DNA of 64,000 nucleotides from an uncultured Acidimicrobiales bacterium (GTDB lineage: Bacteria > Actinomycetota > Acidimicrobiia > Acidimicrobiales > CAWCAL01), in NCBI GenBank assembly GCA_963695075.1, contig CAVOFR010000005.1, positions 196,352-260,351 on the forward strand, in the 5' to 3' direction. Position 1 is the stretch's first letter; each line of letters starts with the position of its first letter. The translations under genes were made by a program, and so were the position numbers. This document shows positions 54,427 through 61,810 of this stretch, piece after piece. Below the pieces are notes generated by a model. That model saw only the letters and a list, made by a program, of their open reading frames with translations, was not told where the DNA came from and made no database searches.

Positions 54427-55346
54427 CCGGCCCCACGACCGGTCCGGTCGCCGAAGCGTGCACGAGCGAGCAGTGCCACCTGGGTGAGGGTGTCCGCTGG
54501 GACGCCCGACGCGACGAACTGCTCCGGGTCGACATCCTCGCCGGCACCGTGTTCCGGGACCGGATCGACTCCGACGGTCGACTCAGCCGCGTCCGTTCCT
54601 ACGATCTCAACGAGCCAGTCGGCGCGATCGCACCCATCGAGGGCGACGACGGTTGGCTCGTCGCCGCCGGGAGAGGGTTCCTCCACCTGGCACCCGACGG
54701 CCGGACCACGTCGATCGCGACCGACGTCACGCCGCCCGGAACCAGAATGAACGACGCAGCCGCCGATACCCAGGGGCGGTACTGGGCGGGCACGATGGCC
54801 GAGGACCATCACGACGGCGGCGGCGCGCTCTACCGCATGGACCTCGACGGCGGGATCCTCCGCGTGCTGGATGGCCTGACGATCTCCAACGGGCTGGGAT
54901 GGAGCCCCGACGGCGCCACCATGTACCTGGCCGACAGTGGACCACGCGTGGTTCATTCGTACGACTTCGACGCGGAGGCAGGCACCCTCTCGAACGAGCG
55001 CCCCTTGGTCACCTTCGAACAGGGGCTCGGTGCCCCCGACGGTCTGACGGTGGACGCTCAGGGCGACCTGTGGGTGGCCGTCTACGGAGGCGGACAGGTG
55101 CGTCGCTACTCACCCGACGGCATGCTGCTGCAGGTCCTCACGTTCCCAGCCGCCCAGACCACCTGCTGCGCGTTCGCAGGGCCCGGTCTGCGCTGGTTGT
55201 ACGTCACCACCGCGACGGAGGGCTGGACCGACGAGCAGCGTCTCGCTTCCCCTGACGCCGGCGTGGTCTACCGGGTCGAGACCGACACCTATGGCGTTCC
55301 GGCAGCGCCGTTCCGCCCGGACCGCAGGTGGTGGGCGGTACGCTGA
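54423..55346 (+). CDS. SMP-30 / gluconolactonase / LRE-family protein
   Basis: CHLGEGVRWD, NDAAADTQGRYWAGTM, SNGLGWSPDG and PDGLTVDAQGDLWVA beta-propeller motifs. GTGA overlap with the previous gene. Confidence 0.85.
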   Translation: MTGPTTGPVAEACTSEQCHLGEGVRWDARRDELLRVDILAGTVFRDRIDSDGRLSRVRSYDLNEPVGAIAPIEGDDGWLVAAGRGFLHLAPDGRTTSIATDVTPPGTRMNDAAADTQGRYWAGTMAEDHHDGGGALYRMDLDGGILRVLDGLTISNGLGWSPDGATMYLADSGPRVVHSYDFDAEAGTLSNERPLVTFEQGLGAPDGLTVDAQGDLWVAVYGGGQVRRYSPDGMLLQVLTFPAAQTTCCAFAGPGLRWLYVTTATEGWTDEQRLASPDAGVVYRVETDTYGVPAAPFRPDRRWWAVR

Positions 55347-55377
55347 GATGAAGCAAACGCGGCCCAGTCGTGCTCGG

Positions 55378-55779
55378 TCACGGCGCGGGCGGCTCGACGT
55401 GGCCGCCGAACTGGCTGCGCATCGCCGAGAGCACCCGGTTCGCCGCCGCCTCCTCGCCGCGGGAGCTGAATCGGGAGAAGAGCGCTGCCGCCAGCACCGG
55501 CGCCGGCACACCCAGGTCGACCGCGGCCTCGAGGGACCACCGGCCCTCACCGCTGTCGCTCACAACGCCGCTGAAGCCCTCCAGCTCGGGATCCGCCACG
55601 AGCGCGGACGCGGTCAGGTCCAGCAGCCACGAGCCCACGACGCTGCCGCGGCGCCACAGCTCGGTGATGGCCGGCAGGTCCAGGTCGAAGCCGTACGGCC
55701 CTGTGTGGTCCAGCAGGTTCAGTCCCTCGGCGTAGGCGGCCATGAGCCCGTACTCGATGCCGTTGTGCACCATCTTCAC
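55378..55779 (-). pseudogene. gnd: 6-phosphogluconate dehydrogenase, C-terminal fragment only (Rossmann domain missing)
   Basis: [19 protein letters not shown]...[11 protein letters not shown]...DSGEGRWS...AMRSQFGGH matches only the C-terminal half of Gnd. Upstream of VKMVHNG the frame is low-complexity and abuts the integrase remnant. Confidence 0.7.
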
Positions 55780-55946
55780 AGGAGCGCACCCCCGGCCGCA
55801 GCGGCGAGCACGAGCCGGCCGAACAAGGCTGGCTGCACTGCGGGCCGAGCGGCGCGGGACACTTCGCGCGTCAACGGGTCCTCGCCTGCGTCGACGCGCA
55901 GCTCCCAGGTCCCCGGCCGTCGTCCCTTGCGCTTGCTGCCCTGCAT
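55776..55946 (-). pseudogene. Tyrosine-integrase N-terminal remnant
   Basis: [33 protein letters not shown] resembles the N-terminal arm-binding segment of actinobacterial site-specific integrases (K/R-rich, then W.LRV..G.DP.TG). It terminates after 56 codons with no catalytic domain, and it lies ~140 nt from the tRNA 3' end. Confidence 0.45.
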
Positions 55947-55973
55947 CCGCTGCCTCCGTTCTCGCACCGATTC

Positions 55974-56002
55974 GTGAGACGTCGGTGAGATTCCGTGAGA
56001 CA
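55974..56002. repeat. Three direct GTGAGAC-type heptamers (candidate arm-type sites, P' arm)
   Basis: GTGAGAC at 55974-55980, GTGAGAT at 55986-55992 and GTGAGAC at 55996-56002. They are followed by the inverted repeat GGTCAGG...CCTGACC (~56010-56036). Confidence 0.4.
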
Positions 56003-56083
56003 CGGTGACGGTCAGGTCTGAACACCAACCTGACCACGTGCCCAGAACCCTGCAATTCCAGGGGTTTCGGCGGGTCTGAACTG

Positions 56084-56156
56084 AGCCCGAGAGGAGAATC
56101 GAACTCCTGACCTGCTGTTTACAAGACAGCTGCTCTGCCATCTGAGCTACCCGGGC
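56084..56156 (-). tRNA. tRNA-Thr (anticodon UGU)
   Basis: 73-nt cloverleaf. Acceptor GCCCGGG/CTCGGGC (one G-U pair), D-stem GCTC/GAGC, anticodon stem GCTGT/ACAGC with loop CTTGTAA, variable loop AGGTC, T-arm AGGAG-TTCGATT-CTCCT. CCA is not encoded. Confidence 0.92.
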
Positions 56157-56387
56157 GAAGCAACCCAGGGTATCGGTCGCCCCGACCCCCTACCCCTCTC
56201 GAACTTTGTGCGCTCCCAGTACCTATTTGCGAGCCAGAGCACAAAGTTCGGCGGTTGGGGGGCGGGTCCGGGCGGGGGGTCCTTGCGCGGACATACCGCA
56301 GCGGGGAAGATGCGGGGGTTGAACGTCGTTCGTTCGCGCTCGCCTCCCCCGGCGTTTCGATCTTCCCCCCAAATCTAGGAGACCCTG

Positions 56388-57005
56388 ATGAGCGCTCCCC
56401 GACACTCCTCCGGATCCGGTTTCGGCAGCTCGGCCGGCGGCGCGGCCGTGCGTGGCGGCATCGTCATCGGCATCGCCCTCCTGATCGGATTCCTCCTCCT
56501 CCAGCAGGGCGTGGGCGACGATGATCTCCTCGTAGAGAGCGAGTCGGCCAACAACGCCTCCTCCGACACGGGCACCTCGGGCGACACAGGCGATGGTGCG
56601 ACCGACACCGGTGGCGACACCGAAGGGACGTCGGTCACGACCCAGGTCTCGAACGCCGGTCCCATCGCGACCACCACGACGCTGCCGGCACCTCGTCCGG
56701 CGAACGAGGTGAAGGTCGTCGTGGCCAACGCCGCGCGGATCACCGGAGCGGCCGGCCGCGCCACCGAAGAGCTCCGTGCCCTGGGCTACACCACGCTGGA
56801 GGCGACCAACGCCGAGGAAGCCGCCGACACCAGCACGTTGATGTACGCCGAGACCTACGAACCAGAAGCACTGGTTCTGGCCACCGAGCTCGGCCTGGAA
56901 CCCGCGGGTGTCGTGCCCATGACCGACCCCGTGCCCATCGCAGAGGAGCGACCCGAGGCGAACATCGTCTTGCTGTTGGGTCGAGATCTGGCCCAGGAGG
57001 CCTGA
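56388..57005 (+). CDS. LytR_C-domain membrane protein
   Basis: N-terminal TM GGIVIGIALLIGFLLL, an acidic Thr/Gly-rich linker, and a C-terminal VKVVVANAARITGAAGRATEELRALGY...LLLGRD domain. Confidence 0.72.
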   Translation: MSAPRHSSGSGFGSSAGGAAVRGGIVIGIALLIGFLLLQQGVGDDDLLVESESANNASSDTGTSGDTGDGATDTGGDTEGTSVTTQVSNAGPIATTTTLPAPRPANEVKVVVANAARITGAAGRATEELRALGYTTLEATNAEEAADTSTLMYAETYEPEALVLATELGLEPAGVVPMTDPVPIAEERPEANIVLLLGRDLAQEA

Positions 57006-57009
57006 CTCC

Positions 57010-57789
57010 TTGGCCACGGCTCATGACGCGTTGGCGCGCGTCCGAGACGATCTCGAGCGCGCCGCGGTCTTCACCGACTTCGACGGCACCCTGGCACCCA
57101 TCGTCGAGCACCCCGACGACGCCGCGCTCCTGGATGGTGCGGCGGACGTGGTCCGGCAGATGGCGGAGCGAGCCGGTCTGTTCGCAGTGGTGTCCGGCCG
57201 ACCGATCTCGTTTCTCGAAGCGCGGGTACCTGCGGGCCCGGTCCTGTCGGGCCTCTACGGACTCGAGCTCCACCGCGCCGGCGTGCACCACGACCACCCC
57301 GAGGCGGGGTCGTGGCGCGAGGTCGTTCTCGACGTCCAGGCGTCCTCGGAAGCGGCGGGACCCGAGGGCATGTTCGTCGAGTCGAAGGGCGTGTCGCTCA
57401 CGTTCCACTACCGGTCCGATCCCGGCCTCGCCTCGGATGTGAAGGGCTGGGCCGAGCGACAGGCGGCCCGATCCGGGCTCGAGGTGCGACCCGCGAAGAT
57501 GTCGGTGGAACTGCATCCGCCGGTCACGACCGACAAGGGCTCAGTGGTGAGGGAACTGGTCGGGGACCTCGAGCCGGTCGTGTTCATCGGCGACGATCAC
57601 GGGGATCTGCCTGCCTTCGCCGCGCTGCACGAGCTGGCGGCCGCGGGCCGGTGTGTTGTCGGTGTCGCCGTGGCGGGGGACGAGACCGATCCGAAGATCC
57701 TCGAGGCCGCCCATCTGGTCGTCGATGGTCCGGAAGGGGCCGTGGGCGTGTTGCGCGACCTGCTCGGTCAGGACACCGATCGCAACTGA
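57010..57789 (+). CDS. otsB: Trehalose-6-phosphate phosphatase (HAD family)
   Basis: FTDFDGTLAP motif I, SGRP motif II, and KG..V....GDD.GD motif III/IV. TTG start. Confidence 0.8.
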   Translation: MATAHDALARVRDDLERAAVFTDFDGTLAPIVEHPDDAALLDGAADVVRQMAERAGLFAVVSGRPISFLEARVPAGPVLSGLYGLELHRAGVHHDHPEAGSWREVVLDVQASSEAAGPEGMFVESKGVSLTFHYRSDPGLASDVKGWAERQAARSGLEVRPAKMSVELHPPVTTDKGSVVRELVGDLEPVVFIGDDHGDLPAFAALHELAAAGRCVVGVAVAGDETDPKILEAAHLVVDGPEGAVGVLRDLLGQDTDRN

Positions 57790-59144
57790 TCCTCGAGCCA
57801 GTCCGACGGGGTCCGGGTCGTCGCTGCCTCGCGAAGTCGGGTGGCGACCTGACGGCGTGATTCGTCCGGTGTGGCCAGCGCGTCGGCCATGGCGGTGGCG
57901 GTCCCGTCGATGTCGTAGGGGTGGACCTCGGTCACGTGCTCGGCCAGCTCGTCCCAGACACCGGCCTGACGGCTGAGCAGGACGGTTCCGGCCCGATCGT
58001 TGACGATGGGGCCCTCTTTCGCGACCAGATTCAGACCGTCGCGTATCGGGTTGACGAGGAGGACGTCGTAGCGGCGTAGCACCGCCACCGAGCGAGCGAA
58101 GTCGTCCGACGTGTCCAACTCGACGGGAGTCCAGTCCTCGGTGCCCCATCTGGCGTTGATCCGATCGACGATGCCCTCGACCTCGCGCCGATAGGCCAGG
58201 TAGTCCGCCAGGCCTTCCCGGGACGGATAGACCGAAGCGACGAAGACCACGTCCCCGCGCAGGGCGGGATGGTCCCGGAGCAGGGCATCGAATGCGTGGA
58301 ATCCCCGGAGCAGGTTCTTGGACAGCTCGATGCGATCGACGCGGGCGATCACCCGGCGAGTGCCCAGGGTGGCATCGAGCGATCGGAGCGCTTCTTGACA
58401 AGCCTGGCTCGCCGCGACTCGCCGGATGTCGTCGGCATCGGTGGGAAGCGGGGCGACGAACGTACGACCCGGATCGATCGACCGAGCCAGGGCCGCGCGG
58501 CGGAACGAATCCTCCCAGCGCGCGCTGTGGAATCCGACTGCCGTGTGTGACGCCATCGCGTCGATCAGGTCGGTGCTGAAACGGTCGGGCAACACGTCCA
58601 CCATCTCGGGGGCACCGAACGGGGTGTGACTGAAATGGACGGTCTTCAGGTCCGGTCGTTCCTCGGCCAGGTATCGCCCGACGATCGTCAGGTGCAGGTC
58701 CTGGACCAGCACGATCGCCCCGGGTTCGGCCTGCTCGGCCACAACGGTGGCGAAGTGCTGGTTGACGCGCCGGTAGGCCTCCCATGCCTCGGAGAAGTGG
58801 CGGTCGAAACGGGGGAGTCGGGCCAGGTCCCACAGGTGGTGATGCATGAACCAGAGCACGGCGTTGCTCACGACGTCGTAGGCCATGGCGTGGTCGGTCG
58901 GGTCGAGATCGACCAGCCGGACCGGTGGGCCGTCCTGGCGCTCCACGAGCCCGGAACGGACGGCCTCGCGGTCATCGTCGCTGAGCGCGGCCGCGATCCA
59001 GAGGGCCCCGGTCCGCTCGACGACGGGACCGAGTCCCGAGACGAGGCCGCCTCCACCGCGCTTGGCGATCAGCTCACCTACGTCGTCACGTCGAAACGAC
59101 AGGGGGCCGCGGTTGGAGACGATGAGAACGGGTCGGTCGGCCAC
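57768..59144 (-). CDS. otsA: Alpha,alpha-trehalose-phosphate synthase (GT20)
   Basis: 458 aa from GTG at 59144: VADRPVLIVSNRGPLSF...GGLVSGL...LVQDLHL...SVYPSREG...LVNPIRDGLNLVAKEG. The 3' end overlaps the otsB 3' end by 22 nt. Confidence 0.88.
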   Translation of the reverse strand: MADRPVLIVSNRGPLSFRRDDVGELIAKRGGGGLVSGLGPVVERTGALWIAAALSDDDREAVRSGLVERQDGPPVRLVDLDPTDHAMAYDVVSNAVLWFMHHHLWDLARLPRFDRHFSEAWEAYRRVNQHFATVVAEQAEPGAIVLVQDLHLTIVGRYLAEERPDLKTVHFSHTPFGAPEMVDVLPDRFSTDLIDAMASHTAVGFHSARWEDSFRRAALARSIDPGRTFVAPLPTDADDIRRVAASQACQEALRSLDATLGTRRVIARVDRIELSKNLLRGFHAFDALLRDHPALRGDVVFVASVYPSREGLADYLAYRREVEGIVDRINARWGTEDWTPVELDTSDDFARSVAVLRRYDVLLVNPIRDGLNLVAKEGPIVNDRAGTVLLSRQAGVWDELAEHVTEVHPYDIDGTATAMADALATPDESRRQVATRLREAATTRTPSDWLEDQLRSVS

Positions 59145-59168
59145 GGCAGGATCGTAGGGCAGGATGGA

Positions 59169-60182
59169 GTGGTGAAGGTGCTGGTCGCTCCCGACAAGTT
59201 CCGCGGGTCCGCGAGCGCGGCCGAGGTGGCGCGCGCCCTCGCTGACGGGGCCGAAGCCGCCGGTGCCACCGTCCGGATGCGACCACTGGCCGATGGCGGA
59301 GAAGGGACGCTCGATGCCCTGGGTGGAGCCGACAGGGTCACCACTGTCACGGGCCCTCTCGGCGATCCGGTCGACGCTCCGTGGCGGCTTCGGCGCGGCG
59401 TGGCCGTCATCGAGATGGCGGCCGCCTCCGGGCTCGACCTCGTCGGCGGGGCCGATGGCAACGATCCCCTGGCGGCGAGCACGGCCGGGACCGGCGAGTT
59501 GATCTCTACCGCCGTCGACTCGGGAGCGAAGCGAGTCATCGTCGGGCTCGGTGGATCCGCGACGACCGATGGCGGACTCGCGGCGCTCAGGGCGCTGTAC
59601 CCGCTCGGCCGGCTGAAGGGGATCGATCTCGTCGTTGCGTGTGACGTTCGGACGCCCTTCCTGGAAGCCGCGACGATCTTCGCCCCTCAGAAGGGTGCGA
59701 CGCCCGCCCAGGTGGCTCTGCTGACCCGACGGCTGCAACGACTCGCCGAGGTCTACCGGGAGGACCATGGCGTGGACGTTACGACCCGGCCCGGAGCCGG
59801 GGCGGCCGGTGGCCTGGCCGGTGGTCTGATGGTCGCCGGCGGGAAGATCCGCCCCGGTTTCGAACTCGTCGCCGAGGAGGTCGAACTGGACGAAGCTCTC
59901 GTGGACGTCGACCTGGTCATCACCGGCGAGGGTCGCCTCGACGACCAGAGCTTCGAGGGGAAGGTGGTAGGTGGCGTGGCCGCATGGGCCGCCGAGCGGA
60001 GGATCCCGGTTCTGGCAATCGTCGGTGAACAGGCCGATGACGGCCCGCATCCGTTGCCGATCACCGTGGTGTCCCTGGTCGACCGGTGTGGGCGGGGGCG
60101 GTCCCACTCCGAGCCCCTGGCCTGTCTGAGCGAGTTGGCCGAGGTCGAGGTCCGGGCCCGCCGCGGATCAGGCCGAGAGTAG
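59169..60182 (+). CDS. Glycerate kinase
   Basis: VLVAPDKFRGS...PLADGGEGT...GLGGSATTDGG...VITGEGRLDDQS motifs. GTG start candidates at 59169, 59172 and 59178, only ~24 nt from the divergent otsA start. Confidence 0.82.
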   Translation: MVKVLVAPDKFRGSASAAEVARALADGAEAAGATVRMRPLADGGEGTLDALGGADRVTTVTGPLGDPVDAPWRLRRGVAVIEMAAASGLDLVGGADGNDPLAASTAGTGELISTAVDSGAKRVIVGLGGSATTDGGLAALRALYPLGRLKGIDLVVACDVRTPFLEAATIFAPQKGATPAQVALLTRRLQRLAEVYREDHGVDVTTRPGAGAAGGLAGGLMVAGGKIRPGFELVAEEVELDEALVDVDLVITGEGRLDDQSFEGKVVGGVAAWAAERRIPVLAIVGEQADDGPHPLPITVVSLVDRCGRGRSHSEPLACLSELAEVEVRARRGSGRE

Positions 60183-60192
60183 GGTCGGCGCC

Positions 60193-61395
60193 ATGTGGGA
60201 GAGCATTCGCCGAGCGGGCCGCACCGCGTGGATGGTGGTCGGCCTGATCGTGCTCGCCTACCTGGCCGGGTACGTAATCTGGTACTTCCGGGTGATCGTC
60301 CCGCCGCTGCTGTTCGCGGCGGCGATCGTGTTCGTCCTCAATCCCATCGTGAATCGCGCCGCAAACCGCGGCGTACCCCGCGCCGCCGGCGCGGCGCTCG
60401 CCTATCTCCTCGTCGCTCTGATCCTGGCCGCGGTCGTCGTGCTGATCATCCCGGTCGCCAGCGACGCCGGTGATCTGGGTGACGAGTTCGCCCAGCTCGG
60501 TGAGGACGTAGAGGTCTGGTGGGACGAACAGGCGGAGAAGTCCGTCCAGAACGACTGGCCCGTCGAAATACCGACCTGGCAGGAGCTCCGGAACGACCTC
60601 AACAGCACCGGGAGCGATCAGAGCATCGGCGATTCGATCGGCCTGATCCGAGATGTGGCGGGCTCGATCTTCGAGGGAGTCCTGCTGGTGATCCTGGCTC
60701 CCGTGATCGCGTTCTACCTCCTGGTCGATCTTCCGCACGTGTCAGCGGCGGCCGATTCCCTGGTGCCGACGGCCGCCCGTGACCAGGTTCATCTGGTGGG
60801 GAGACGCCTGAACCGGGCGATCGGAGGGTTCTTCCGTGGTCAGCTGATCGTCGCCCTCATCGTCGGCACCATGTCGTCGGTGGGACTGTGGGCGATCGGG
60901 CTGCCGTTCTGGCTGATCGTGGGCATGCTGGCCGGCGTGTTCAACATCATCCCGCTCATCGGGCCGTGGGTCGGCGGTGCACTCGGTGTGGTGGTCGCCT
61001 TCGCCGCCGGGGACGGGAGCGGTCAGGCCATCTGGGTGGTGATCGTCATGGTGATCGCCCAGCAGATCGACAACCACTTCATCAGCCCGGTCGTGATGCA
61101 GCGCACCGTGCACATCCATCCGGTTGCCGTGATGATGGCTCTGCTGGCCGGCGGCACGCTGTTCGGCTTCATCGGCCTGTTCCTCGCCGTGCCGACTGCG
61201 GCGATCGCGAAGATCATCTCCAGCCATCTGTGGAGGACCTTCGTGCTGGGCCAGAGCTTCGACGAGATCGCCGAGGAGTGGGCGGAACAGGACGCCCTAC
61301 CCGCGGTCGGGATGGTCGAGGTCGTGGGTGACCAGGAGTCCGCCGTTTCGCGTCCCGGGGCGACCGCCGACCCCGATGGGGACGACGGCCGATAG
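60193..61395 (+). CDS. AI-2E family transporter (PerM/UPF0118)
   Basis: 400 aa, ~8 TM segments, with typical GFFRGQLIVALIVG...NIIPLIGPWVGG...LFGFIGLFLAVP blocks. Confidence 0.82.
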   Translation: MWESIRRAGRTAWMVVGLIVLAYLAGYVIWYFRVIVPPLLFAAAIVFVLNPIVNRAANRGVPRAAGAALAYLLVALILAAVVVLIIPVASDAGDLGDEFAQLGEDVEVWWDEQAEKSVQNDWPVEIPTWQELRNDLNSTGSDQSIGDSIGLIRDVAGSIFEGVLLVILAPVIAFYLLVDLPHVSAAADSLVPTAARDQVHLVGRRLNRAIGGFFRGQLIVALIVGTMSSVGLWAIGLPFWLIVGMLAGVFNIIPLIGPWVGGALGVVVAFAAGDGSGQAIWVVIVMVIAQQIDNHFISPVVMQRTVHIHPVAVMMALLAGGTLFGFIGLFLAVPTAAIAKIISSHLWRTFVLGQSFDEIAEEWAEQDALPAVGMVEVVGDQESAVSRPGATADPDGDDGR

Positions 61396-61529
61396 GAGCC
61401 GCTTCACCCCGTGCCGAGCCGTCGGTCAGCGACGGCGACGGACCAGATTTCAGATGGAGTGGGATGCGGATCGGGCCCGACCGGTGGATAGCGTGGTCGC
61501 CGTTCGACGCCCCGAAAGGCAAACCTGGC

Positions 61530-61805
61530 ATGAGCATCACCGTCCGCATCCCCACGACCCTGCGTCCGCTCACCTCCGGCGCATCCGAGGTGACGGTCGA
61601 CGGCGCCACGGTGAGCGACGTCTTCGCCGCCCTCGAGGCCGCGCATCCGGGGTTCTCAGAGCGACTGCTCGACGACGAAGGTGGGCTCCGGAAGTTCGTC
61701 AACGTGTTCGTCGCCGATGACGACGTTCGGTTCCAGGACGGGCTGGACACGGCTGTTCCGGACGGCGAGACGGTCTCGATCATCCCGGCGGTCGCCGGAG
61801 GCTGA
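61530..61805 (+). CDS. MoaD/ThiS/CysO-family ubiquitin-like sulfur-carrier protein
   Basis: 91 aa: MSITVRIPTTLRPLT...NVFVADDDVR...DGETVSIIPAVAGG, ending in Gly-Gly. Confidence 0.8.
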   Translation: MSITVRIPTTLRPLTSGASEVTVDGATVSDVFAALEAAHPGFSERLLDDEGGLRKFVNVFVADDDVRFQDGLDTAVPDGETVSIIPAVAGG

Positions 61806-61810
61806 GGAGT

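Larger units (their letters stand above)
41211..56156. mobile_element. Decayed tRNA-Thr-integrated genomic island (~14.9 kb)
   Basis: Complete tRNA-Thr at 56084-56156 (-) with a direct-repeat copy of its 3' part at 41211-41252 (-). Heptamer clusters lie just inside both ends. An integrase N-terminal remnant is adjacent to the tRNA. Confidence 0.5.
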
